A stretch of DNA of 64,000 nucleotides from Candidatus Delongbacteria bacterium (GTDB taxonomy: Bacteria > CAIWAD01), in assembly GCA_963663545.1 (NCBI GenBank), contig OY760505.1, positions 3,360,001 through 3,424,000 of the forward strand, given 5' to 3'. Under the pieces are notes generated by a model. That model did not search any database and was not told the DNA's origin. It saw only the letters and a list, made by a program, of their open reading frames with translations. A program made the translations under genes and the position numbers. Position 1 is the first letter of the stretch, and each line of letters starts with the position of its first letter. Shown piece by piece: positions 39,109 to 47,661 of the stretch.

Positions 39109-40032
39109 ATGAAGCGTGACTGCCTGCAGTTGACCGATTTCACCGCCGATGAAATTCGTGGAATGTTGAAGTTGGCCGCCGAGATGAAGGCGGAGGTGAA
39201 GAGCGGTACTTTCCGCAAGCCCTTCGACAACATGGCCTTTGCCTGCATTTTCCATAAGCCCTCGCTGCGTACGCGCATCTCCTTCGAGGTCGGCCTGAGT
39301 CAGTTGGGCGGCAAGACCCTCTACATCACCGAGAAGGAGATTGAGCTGGGCAAGCGCGAGTCCATCTACGACGTGGCCAAAGTGATGAGCCGCTACGTCG
39401 ATGCGATCCTCATTCGCACCTTCTCCCACGCTTCCGTAGAAGAGCTGGCCGCCAACGCCGATGTGCCGGTGGTCAATATGCTCACCGACCTGACCCATCC
39501 CTGCCAGGTGCTGGCGGACATCTTCACCGTCTACGAGCACAAGGGCAGCATCGACAATTTGACCGTGACCTATCTGGGCGACGGCAACAACATGACCAAT
39601 AGCTGGCTGAACCTGGCGCGTCGCATTCCGATGGAACTGCGCGTGGCCACCAGCCCCAACTGCATGCCCGATCCCGGCATTCTGAAGGCCGCGCAGGAAG
39701 AAGGCCTGTCGAAGATTGTCGTTACCGATGATCCGCGTGCCGCCGCCGAAGGCGCCGACGTGCTCTACACCGATGTCTGGGCCAGCATGGGCCAGAAGGA
39801 TCAGGCCGATGCCAAGGCCAACATGCTGCGGGCGTATCAGATTAATGGCAATCTGCTCAGCCTCGCCAAGAAGGATGCCCTCGTGATGCATTGCCTGCCC
39901 GCCGAGCGTGGCAAGGAGATCACCGATGAGGTGATGGACGGCCCGCAGAGCGTTGTCTTTGACGAGGCCGAGAACCGCATGCATGCCCAGAAGGCCCTGA
40001 TGGTCCAGCTCTTAGAGTGGACGAAAGCCTAG
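39109..40032 (+). CDS. argF: Ornithine carbamoyltransferase
   Basis: SLRTR, HPCQ, DVWASMG, HCLP and EAENR motifs. Confidence 0.93.
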   Translation: MKRDCLQLTDFTADEIRGMLKLAAEMKAEVKSGTFRKPFDNMAFACIFHKPSLRTRISFEVGLSQLGGKTLYITEKEIELGKRESIYDVAKVMSRYVDAILIRTFSHASVEELAANADVPVVNMLTDLTHPCQVLADIFTVYEHKGSIDNLTVTYLGDGNNMTNSWLNLARRIPMELRVATSPNCMPDPGILKAAQEEGLSKIVVTDDPRAAAEGADVLYTDVWASMGQKDQADAKANMLRAYQINGNLLSLAKKDALVMHCLPAERGKEITDEVMDGPQSVVFDEAENRMHAQKALMVQLLEWTKA

Positions 40033-40066
40033 CTTTCCCCTCGCCTACGCGGCGGGCGTTTTTCTT

Positions 40067-40104
40067 AATCGGTATCGCTATCGGGATTCGGTATCGGTAT
40101 CGAG
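40067..40104 (-). repeat. CGATA(C/G) hexamer array, inverted copy
   Basis: Reverse complement ctcgataccgataccgaatcccgatagcgataccgatt. Confidence 0.8.
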
Positions 40105-40251
40105 GCTTTCCCTGCGAGACGGGCTTGTCGCTGATGGCTGGGCTTGACTCGGTCTCGGTTTTTCTTCCTTTGTGAACCACAAGGAGCGGATGAAAGTCCG
40201 CTTCTTCTTTTTCCTGCGCGGAAGGCGCGCCTGCGCGGCGGGCGAAGACAA

Positions 40252-40283
40252 GTTACTTTCTTTGTCGCGCCAAAGAAAGTAAC
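40252..40283. repeat. 13-bp perfect stem-loop, REP-like
   Basis: gttactttctttg-tcgcgc-caaagaaagtaac. Confidence 0.75.
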
Positions 40284-40502
40284 AAAGAAAGCGCTCGCCC
40301 CTCCGACCCGAGGATGATTGACCGCTGGTCAATCCCCACGGGCGGGTAGGCAGCGCTGGCAGGAATGTTTGGCTCATATGTTCACACCTTCGGTGTTCAC
40401 AGATGCGCTTACGCGCATGTGTCGTAAGCTGGCTTTCGGGGAAGGGTGGCTGGGATGCGTGTAGAATCGGAAGCCGATTCTTCGTCTTCTCTTCGACAGG
40501 AT

Positions 40503-40607
40503 GCCATTGTACCCTATGGACGAAGACCCGCAGTTAAACGGAGTTTCAGATACAGTCGCACGAGATGCGGGGCTTCGTCGAGGTGATGGACGCGAAGCGG
40601 ACATCAC
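40503..40607 (+). repeat. Dispersed structured element, copy 1
   Basis: Shares tgtaccctatggacgaag...cttcgtc-s-agg...GAA hairpin with 62737-62843. Confidence 0.6.
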
Positions 40608-41029
40608 ACGCACTCCGTCAGGCGCAATCCGGCACTATAGAGCAGCGAGGCCTGCAAGCGGAAGACACCCTCAAGGTTGTCCAGCAGCGACCGGACTTCC
40701 TGCCGTGAAAGCACAGCCGGGATATGCTTTGATGGCTTGGCTTTCGTGAAGCTTGAGAACTCACCAATTTCGTGGTGTAGAACATTTCGGTACAGGAAAA
40801 CAATGGCGCAAAGGGCTTGGGTCTGAGTGGAAGGGGCCACGCATTGGTGGACGGCAAGATGGGATAGAAAGTCTTCTACAGCGCTTGGCTTCAGCTCACA
40901 GGGATGCTGAAGATTATTGTATCTCAAGAACTTGAGTATCCGACTCCAATAGCTGCGCTCCGTTTTTGGACTAAGATGATGTTTGCGGCAAGCTGCGCGG
41001 AAGAGAAACAAAAGCCTTGGTTCTGTCAA
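40604..41029 (-). pseudogene. intI: Truncated integron integrase (N-terminal 141 aa)
   Basis: S.KTERSY, FLSHLA...VAPSTQTQALCAIVFLY, P.VLS.EV and LLYSAGLRL.EC motifs, then a stop. No H-x-x-R or catalytic Tyr part seen downstream. Confidence 0.9.
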
Positions 41030-41040
41030 GATAAGTCCGC

Positions 41041-41251
41041 CCTGATAAGTACGAGTTCTGTGTCAGGATAAGAGATTATTGGGGGCAGGCAAAGAGTATC
41101 CATGAATAGGCTGCAAGGCCGACTTCGAGTGACATGTATTCTGGACAAAACCGTGATTTCTCTTGTTTTGCCTGCTCCCAATTCCTACTCTGGGGGGCGC
41201 TCTGCATGAGAAACACAGGACTGCAGCAATGTGTACGTCGTACTTATCAGG
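41041..41251. repeat. 14-bp perfect inverted repeats flanking the intI/cassette promoter region
   Basis: cctgataagtacga (41041-41054) and tcgtacttatcagg (41238-41251). Confidence 0.8.
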
Positions 41252-41279
41252 ACCCGTGTAAGGCACAAGGGCTGGTCAT

Positions 41280-41307
41280 ATGCGGTCCGTAGAATCAGAT
41301 GTTATAC
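41280..41307 (+). mobile_element. attI site (crossover G/TTATAC at 41301)
   Basis: gttatactg at 41301 is the exact complement of cagtataac at the far end of cassette 1. Confidence 0.75.
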
Positions 41308-41336
41308 TGAATCACGAAGTTCGGAATGAGGTGAAT

Positions 41337-41750
41337 ATGTCTAACGAAAGCGCAGATCGAATCCCAGAGTGGTTCGGGGGGAAGAAGCAGAAGTTTGACG
41401 TACTCCACGATCGTGTTCTCCAAGAGCAGAATCTCTATTGGTCTCGATTCGTGGCCTTTTCTGCATTGCACGCTGGGTTGTTCGTAGCATTCGCCGAACA
41501 AGAAGCAGGCACGAGTATTCCGGCAGTACCGATTGCAGGCGCGGTACTCGGAGTTGTCTGGCTTTTAGTCCAGATGGCTAGCTTGCACTACACAAACCGC
41601 AGTAAACCAGAGTATTACAAGCTTTGTGCAGAAGTCGGCCTCAAACCTAGGGAGCATCCAGTATTTCGCCGGATTCTGTCCTCGACTCGAGTAGGGCTGG
41701 TCGTTTGTGTTGCTGCGGCAGGGTTCTGGGGATATGTGCTATCTGCTTAG
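41337..41750 (+). CDS. Integron cassette 1: small 3-TM membrane protein (RipA/8xMP-like by eye)
   Basis: RBS gaggtg and ATG 41337; EQNLYWSRF...F motif and three hydrophobic helices; bounded by attI and attC. Confidence 0.7.
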   Translation: MSNESADRIPEWFGGKKQKFDVLHDRVLQEQNLYWSRFVAFSALHAGLFVAFAEQEAGTSIPAVPIAGAVLGVVWLLVQMASLHYTNRSKPEYYKLCAEVGLKPREHPVFRRILSSTRVGLVVCVAAAGFWGYVLSA

Positions 41751-41756
41751 GCTCCA

Positions 41757-41854
41757 GTATAACAAGCCGTTCAAGCTGACGGCTCGTCCTTGTCACGGTC
41801 CTGGAAGAGCCAGGCCCGTGCCAAGGCCGCCCGCAGCTTAACGCCAGGTTAGTG
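41757..41854 (+). mobile_element. attC site 1 (98 bp)
   Basis: R'' gtataac, L'' gttCaagc, L' gcttaac, R' gttagtg; 5-bp spacers, extrahelical C and palindromic core. Confidence 0.92.
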
Positions 41855-41873
41855 CTCAAGGAGAATCATCGCT

Positions 41874-42663
41874 TTGAATAAAAATGAAGCCAAAAATAGA
41901 TTAGAAGCTTTGAAAGACAGAGTTCAGTTACATTTAAATATGACGAGTGATAGCCAAGAATTTAAAATGGCATAGGGACACCGATGTGGCTATTGAGCGA
42001 ATATTTGGTGAAGGAACACGGCATACACAAGATTTCGAAGATATCAGCTATCACCTTAGCTATTTCACAATTGGTACTCAAGACCCTGAATTTGAAGCGG
42101 CCTATAGAAGTGGTGAAAGTACTGCAATCACTGTTATTGAGTCATTTATTGACGAGATAGAAGAGTATTGGCAGGAAGAAGCGGCTGAATATCATGTAGT
42201 AGAGATTGGCGCTGTTGAAAATAACACTCATTATGAGTCGTTTCCATCAGGTAGCGCGCCAATTAAGAGCAAGATGCTCAGATAGACCAACTATTGAAAT
42301 AGAAGATGAATATAATGTTCAAGATGTATTTCATGAGTTATTGAAGCTCTATTTTGATAACATAAGAGCGGAAGAATACACGCCAAGCTATGCAAGTTTA
42401 GCATCTCGTGTGGAATTTCTTCTTAAGCAAGAGCAAATTGTTATTGAAATTAAAGAACTCGTAAGAATCTGGGTGCCAAGGAAGTTGGTGAGTAACTAAT
42501 AATTGATTCTCAGCGCTATCAATCGCATCCAAATTGTGGTCAGCTAATTTGCTTTGTAAACGATCCAGAGGAGCGTGTAGCTAATCCTCGCGGAATTGAA
42601 AATGATTTAACGAAAGAGATTATTGGTTTTCCTGATGCAGTTTTCATTACATCAGAGCAATAA
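41874..42663 (+). pseudogene. Integron cassette 2: multiply frameshifted PD-(D/E)xK nuclease (REase_DpnII-MboI-like)
   Basis: Fragments EDEYNVQD..H.LLKLYFDNIRAEEYTPSYA...R.EFLLKQEQIVIEIK and QRYQSHPNC..LICFV.DP...NPRGIENDL lie in different frames; AT-rich. Confidence 0.8.
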
Positions 42664-42665
42664 TG

Positions 42666-42726
42666 CACTGACAAACGCGTCAATTAGGACGCACGCAAGC
42701 TCGCGCCAATTACGCGGGCGTTAAGT
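42666..42726 (+). mobile_element. attC site 2 (61 bp, R'' mutated)
   Basis: cactGac (expected cactaac), L'' cgtCaatt, L' aattacg, R' gttaagt. Confidence 0.85.
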
Positions 42727-42746
42727 GCCAAAGCGAGGACCGCTAT

Positions 42747-44342
42747 ATGTTAAAAGAAATCCGGTTGCGTCCGCACATCCGCCTTATGATCGGATTTTCA
42801 GTGCTCATTGCTTTGATGGTTGCTGGTTACTTCGTGTCTGTGAACGTAAAGGAAGATGTAGTATCCCTGCAAACATTGATGATGTTCATAGATGAGTGGG
42901 GTGCATTGATAGGAATCATTCTTACAATTGCTGTTGCATACTTAGTCAGTCTCATTCCATCAAGATTTGACTATGAAGTGAAAAGAATTGCTGATCGACT
43001 TCAATATCCACTTAAGGACTTTGACTCTATTTATGCGAAAACAATAGAATTGGTGGACTGGCTAAACGATGAGCCAGGATCGGAATTCATAATGATATCA
43101 GCGACACCAGTATTCGGTATTGAACTCTCAAGTGCGGAGAGAGAAGTATGGAAGACGAAGATTCGTCAGCGTTTAGTCTCTAGCGGGTGCAAGACGACGA
43201 TTATTTGCAGAGAATGGCAGTCATCTTTAGAGACCGATTCTTCTCCGCTAATGGAGTTTTGTGAGGAAATGGAGAAATATGGGGTTATAGATGGGCAGTC
43301 TACAAGAAATTCGTATGAACTATACTTAAGATCTATCGAAGCACTGTTTGAGTTTGGGGGCTTCCGGGGGTACTCGGACTTCGCGCTGCTATGTGCTCCG
43401 CGCCCTCCAGTCCAAGTGATACTAGCTAGGTCAAACACAGGTAAATCGCGTGGGATCATCTATTTCACATCAATCGCTTCACAAGATAAAGGCCTTGTAG
43501 TATCAGGATTTATGAGTGAGGATGATGAGTGGATTGGTCTAATGCGAGAGATTCTTCGATATGTTAGGCTTCAGGCAAGAGACATTGTGACCGAGTTCTC
43601 CGGAGACTATCGAACTCTTCGTCAGAAGGAACGCTGCAATGAGATGTTACGATATGTGCATTCGCATCCAGAGAAGTATTCAGTATGTGTTGAAGGTCAC
43701 GACTTAGTTGTTTTTCCCTCTGTATTCCCACCAGAGATTGGTCTTGGTAACAGGCTATTGATACAAGCAATTCGGAAGATCGGAAGCAACCTTTTACGCC
43801 ATGGTCATGATGTTGTTGGGATCGACATTGGGACTGGTACAGGTATTCTCGCAATCGAGCTCGCCGAATTCTGTAAAAGCGTGTTTGCAACAGATATTTC
43901 ACCGATTGCTGTGATGAATGCAAGAGAAAACTGTGGTAGACTAGGGCATACTGGTGATATAGTGCATGTACTTCAAGGGAACTTGTTGGATCCAGTGCCA
44001 GTCGGTGATTCAAGTGTTAAGTATCTGGTCGTATTCAATCATCCCTTCTACCCATCACCTCTCGCCGTCTACAACTCGATGGGAAGGGATAAAGCTGGAC
44101 TACCAATTCTACATGAGACAATGAAAGCATTCTCAGGTCGCTTCGGTGATGATTCACTACTTGTTATGCCTTATTCTAGCATCTCGGATGTTCACAATCC
44201 TGTTAGTGCGGCACATGAGCACAATTTGAAGCACATTGAGTATGAATGCTGTGATGACGATGGAGATAGGATTGCGGTCTATCTCATTTCAAAGAATGAG
44301 AAAACGCTACAAAGTCTCATTCCCGCGGAGACTGACACTTAA
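42747..44342 (+). CDS. Integron cassette 3: 2-TM + unknown domain + class I SAM methyltransferase (HemK/PrmC-like) fusion
   Basis: N-terminal hydrophobic helices; VFPSVFPP, DIGTGTG, ATDIS and VFNHPFYP motifs; ends at acttaac, complementary to gttaagt. Confidence 0.8.
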   Translation: MLKEIRLRPHIRLMIGFSVLIALMVAGYFVSVNVKEDVVSLQTLMMFIDEWGALIGIILTIAVAYLVSLIPSRFDYEVKRIADRLQYPLKDFDSIYAKTIELVDWLNDEPGSEFIMISATPVFGIELSSAEREVWKTKIRQRLVSSGCKTTIICREWQSSLETDSSPLMEFCEEMEKYGVIDGQSTRNSYELYLRSIEALFEFGGFRGYSDFALLCAPRPPVQVILARSNTGKSRGIIYFTSIASQDKGLVVSGFMSEDDEWIGLMREILRYVRLQARDIVTEFSGDYRTLRQKERCNEMLRYVHSHPEKYSVCVEGHDLVVFPSVFPPEIGLGNRLLIQAIRKIGSNLLRHGHDVVGIDIGTGTGILAIELAEFCKSVFATDISPIAVMNARENCGRLGHTGDIVHVLQGNLLDPVPVGDSSVKYLVVFNHPFYPSPLAVYNSMGRDKAGLPILHETMKAFSGRFGDDSLLVMPYSSISDVHNPVSAAHEHNLKHIEYECCDDDGDRIAVYLISKNEKTLQSLIPAETDT

Positions 44343-44710
44343 CACTTATGATGCCCCCATTGTCAAGAGCGCAGAGATTTTCCCTCCGATTTCTGGCTCT
44401 TTGCGAGACAGGCAAAACCACGATTCCCGCTTTACCACACCACCAGCTCCAGAACAACCCCGCCGCCAAACACAATTTTACCGTTGATCACCAGGACTTT
44501 GCACAACCTGCCCAGCTTCGAGCCCCTGGCCATCTGATTCAAATTCCCTGCCACAGCACCCATGCGGAGAACAGCCGCCACAATCACCGCACCAGTTGCG
44601 GAGAATACGTGCGGATCTGCGGAGAATGTGCTGTAGCTTAGGCAGGAAGACACTTCTGGAATCTGAGAACAGACTGGGATCCCTCCCGCGAGCAAACCAA
44701 AGGAAGCCCC

Positions 44711-45109
44711 ATGCCCCCCTTCACCGACCCCATCAAGCAGGAGATCTGGGCCACCGTGCGCGCCATGAACGATGCCTGGACAAAGGGCGACGGGGAAGAC
44801 CTCACCAACTACTTCCACCGGGACATGCTGGCCATCTCGCCCGTGGACCGCAAGCGTCTTGAGGGCGGCGAGGCCTGTGTCGCCGGCTGGCAGGCCTTCA
44901 GCCGCGCGGCCCGCATTCACCGCTGGGAAGAGCTCGATCCGGTCATTCATGTGTATGGCAATTCGGCGGTGGTGGCCTACTACTACGACATGTCCTTCGA
45001 CATGGGCGGCAAGACCGTCAACACCTCGGGCCGGGACATGTTCTTCTTCGTCTAGGAAGAGGGGAAGTGGTGGGCGGTCGCCGATCAGTTCTCGCCCTAT
45101 CCGGCCTAG
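44711..45109 (+). pseudogene. SnoaL/NTF2-like (DUF4440-type) protein interrupted by an in-frame TAG at 45053
   Basis: ...SGRDMFFFV*EEGKWWAVADQFSPYPA* continues the family-like C-terminus. Confidence 0.75.
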
Positions 45110-45439
45110 GCGATTCTGTGCTTGGATCCGGACGCGCGAAGTGCCGGGCCAGGGATGGGGCTTGCGCAATCGAGCAGGTGCCTGGCGACGGGGCGGGGAC
45201 CAAGTCTGCGCGCAAGGCAAGATCTCCAGGCCGCTGCGCTATTGCCGATCTGAATCTGCATCCCCAGGCATTTCAGCAATTCGCTCTGCGTGGGCTTGTC
45301 CTTTGAGATAGAACCAGGATCTCTGGTCCTGAAGCGCCAGCTGAATGATTCCTTGCTGGCACTTTCCGCTCCGCTCGACCGTCGCACATAGGTACATTCT
45401 TCAGCATGCAACAGCCCAACTGCCCAGAAAGGAGAACCC

Positions 45440-46606
45440 ATGCGCTTCCTGTCAGCTTTGCTCCCCCTCGTCCTCCTTTGTTCCTGCATTCCTCTGCCCC
45501 ACAAACAGATCGAGCCCGCCGGGATCGACGACGCGTTCAGCCGGGAGCTGCTGTCCTGGCTTGACCGGGAGGCGCAGGTGCCGGAAGCCTATGTGGCCGG
45601 GCTCTTTCGCGAGCACGACGTGGTCTTCCTGGGCGAGCAGCATCGCGTGAAGCACGATGTGGAATTCGTGCAGCATGTGCTGGACGATGTCTACGCGGCC
45701 GGTGTGCATGCGCTGGCGACGGAGTTTGCGCGCCGTGAGGATCAGCCGCTGGTGGATTCCCTGCTTGCGCTGCCGAGCTGGAACGAGGCGCTGGCACGCG
45801 AAATCGTCTTCAGGCAGTTTGTGTTCTGGGGCTATCAGGAATACGTGGATGTCTTTCACGCGGCCTGGCAGTTGAATGCGCAACTTCCGGACGGCGCTCC
45901 CCGCCTGCGCGTTCTCGGAATCAACAATTCGCCGGACTGGAGCCTGTTCCAGACGGTGGAGGACATGCGAAACCCGAAGATGCGCAGGCGCGTGTGGGGC
46001 GGAGCCACGGAGGAGGACTATGCGCGCGTGATCCTGGATGAAGTCCGCGACGGTGGAAAGGTGCTCGTCCATTGCGGCATCCATCATGCGTTCACGCACT
46101 ACCGCCAGCCCATTGTGCGTGAGGGCGCCTTCCTCGAGTTCGACTCTTCTCCCAGATGCGGCAATTATGTGTTTGACGAGATCGGCACCAGATCGCTGAC
46201 CGTGTTCCTGCATGCGCCCTGGGATACGAAGGCAGGGTATGGCGACGAGCTTTGTCATCCGGCCGATGGCGTGATTGATGCGCTCATGACTCAAGCCGGC
46301 CTGCGTAACCTGGGCTTTGACCTCGCGAACAGCCCCTTCGGACAGATCCGCGTACACGATGCAGTTTACATGCATGGCTATGCGGACTTCAAACTGGCGG
46401 ATTTCTGTGACGGCTGGATCTACTTCAAGCCCATTTCCGAGTTCGAAGGCGTAACGCCCATTCCCGACTGGATCAACCCGCAGAACCTGGCGCGTGCGCA
46501 GGCACAGGCGCCGAATCCCCGCTATCGGAGCGTCTCCAGCAAGCGCTTCAACGACGCAATTGCGGCGGACGCCGACATCCACGGACGCTGGGGCTATTTA
46601 CGCTAG
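45440..46606 (+). CDS. Lipoprotein, ChaN/erythromycin-esterase-like superfamily
   Basis: Lipobox LLCSC; VVFLGEQH and G..HA motifs. Confidence 0.65.
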   Translation: MRFLSALLPLVLLCSCIPLPHKQIEPAGIDDAFSRELLSWLDREAQVPEAYVAGLFREHDVVFLGEQHRVKHDVEFVQHVLDDVYAAGVHALATEFARREDQPLVDSLLALPSWNEALAREIVFRQFVFWGYQEYVDVFHAAWQLNAQLPDGAPRLRVLGINNSPDWSLFQTVEDMRNPKMRRRVWGGATEEDYARVILDEVRDGGKVLVHCGIHHAFTHYRQPIVREGAFLEFDSSPRCGNYVFDEIGTRSLTVFLHAPWDTKAGYGDELCHPADGVIDALMTQAGLRNLGFDLANSPFGQIRVHDAVYMHGYADFKLADFCDGWIYFKPISEFEGVTPIPDWINPQNLARAQAQAPNPRYRSVSSKRFNDAIAADADIHGRWGYLR

Positions 46607-46641
46607 GCACAGGAACCTTGAAGAGAAAACAGGAACTGCAC

Positions 46642-47049
46642 ATGGAATACACTGGCTCGTGCTTGTGCCGGGCGGTCAGCTACAAGGTCGTCGGCGAGTT
46701 TGAGAGCTTCTACCTCTGTCATTGCGGATATTGCCGGAAGGATACGGGTTCCGCGCATGCGGCTAACTTGTTTTCGTCGACCGCCAGGCTTGAGTGGTTG
46801 ACGGGCGAAAGCCAGGTGCGCGTCTTCGAGCTGCCGAACACCCAACATGTGAAGGCCTTTTGCACTAGCTGCGGTTCGGCTTTGCCCAGTCTGCAAATGG
46901 AGGGCGGCTTGCTGGTTGTTCCCGCCGGCAGCTTGGATGTCGAGCTGGACAAGTCGCCCGATGGGCACATCTTCATCTCGAAGAAGGCGAACTGGGATGA
47001 GGCGCTGGAATCTGTGCCCGGCTTTCTACGCTTTCCGCATGAGGAATAG
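46642..47049 (+). CDS. GFA (CENP-V) family protein
   Basis: GSCLC, CHCGYCRK and FCTSCGS motifs. Confidence 0.92.
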   Translation: MEYTGSCLCRAVSYKVVGEFESFYLCHCGYCRKDTGSAHAANLFSSTARLEWLTGESQVRVFELPNTQHVKAFCTSCGSALPSLQMEGGLLVVPAGSLDVELDKSPDGHIFISKKANWDEALESVPGFLRFPHEE

Positions 47050-47109
47050 GCTGAGTATCCTGGAGTGCGATTTTGTGTGCCATGCTGACAGAAGCGGGGA
47101 GGCGAGGGC

Positions 47110-47661
47110 TTGAATCTGATTCCTACAACGAGAACCCTCCTGCGTCCCCTTTCCCACGAGGATGCGCTCGCGCTTTTCAACTATCGCAGCCTGCCGGAGG
47201 TCGCCCGCTTCCAGGGCTGGTGCCCGCAGAGCGTGCGCGATGCGGAGGAGTTCATCAGCAGGTCGACGCATCGAGAGAATTGTCCGGAGGGGCGGTGGCA
47301 GCAGTTCGGGATTTTCCTTGCCGAGGCTGCGACACTCATCGGCGATTGCGGATATTGCGCCCAGGCCGATCAGCAGGCCGAGATCGGCTTCACGATTGCG
47401 CCACCCTTTCAGCGAAAGGGGTTGGGGAGGGAAGCGGTGTCCGCGCTTTTGCAGTTTCTGCGTGCCCGGTGCGGAGTCCTCAGGGTGATTGCCCATACGG
47501 ATCCAGACAACAGAGCGTCGAGGGGACTTTTAGAGGGGTTGGGATTCCAACAGGAGCTACTGCTGAAACGCCATGTACTGATTCGTGGGGAATGGAAGGA
47601 TGACCTGCGCTATGGGTACTCTGCGCCGCAGCGAACTCACAACACGAGGTGGCCCGATTGA
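47110..47661 (+). CDS. GNAT N-acetyltransferase (RimJ/RimL-type)
   Basis: AEIGFTIAPPFQRKGLGREA and N.AS..LLE.LGF motifs. Confidence 0.88.
   Translation: MNLIPTTRTLLRPLSHEDALALFNYRSLPEVARFQGWCPQSVRDAEEFISRSTHRENCPEGRWQQFGIFLAEAATLIGDCGYCAQADQQAEIGFTIAPPFQRKGLGREAVSALLQFLRARCGVLRVIAHTDPDNRASRGLLEGLGFQQELLLKRHVLIRGEWKDDLRYGYSAPQRTHNTRWPD

Noticed and set aside
39109..40032. Acetyl/succinyl-ornithine transcarbamylase because of SLRT
   Set aside because: The SMG and HCLP motifs of ordinary OTCase are present.
40374..40613. Frameshifted continuation of IntI
   Set aside because: The translation has no tyrosine-recombinase motifs; it is repeat DNA.
45110..45400. Transposase C-terminal remnant (KPTQSELLKCLG on the minus strand)
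   Set aside because: Too short; no terminal repeats or DDE motif visible.
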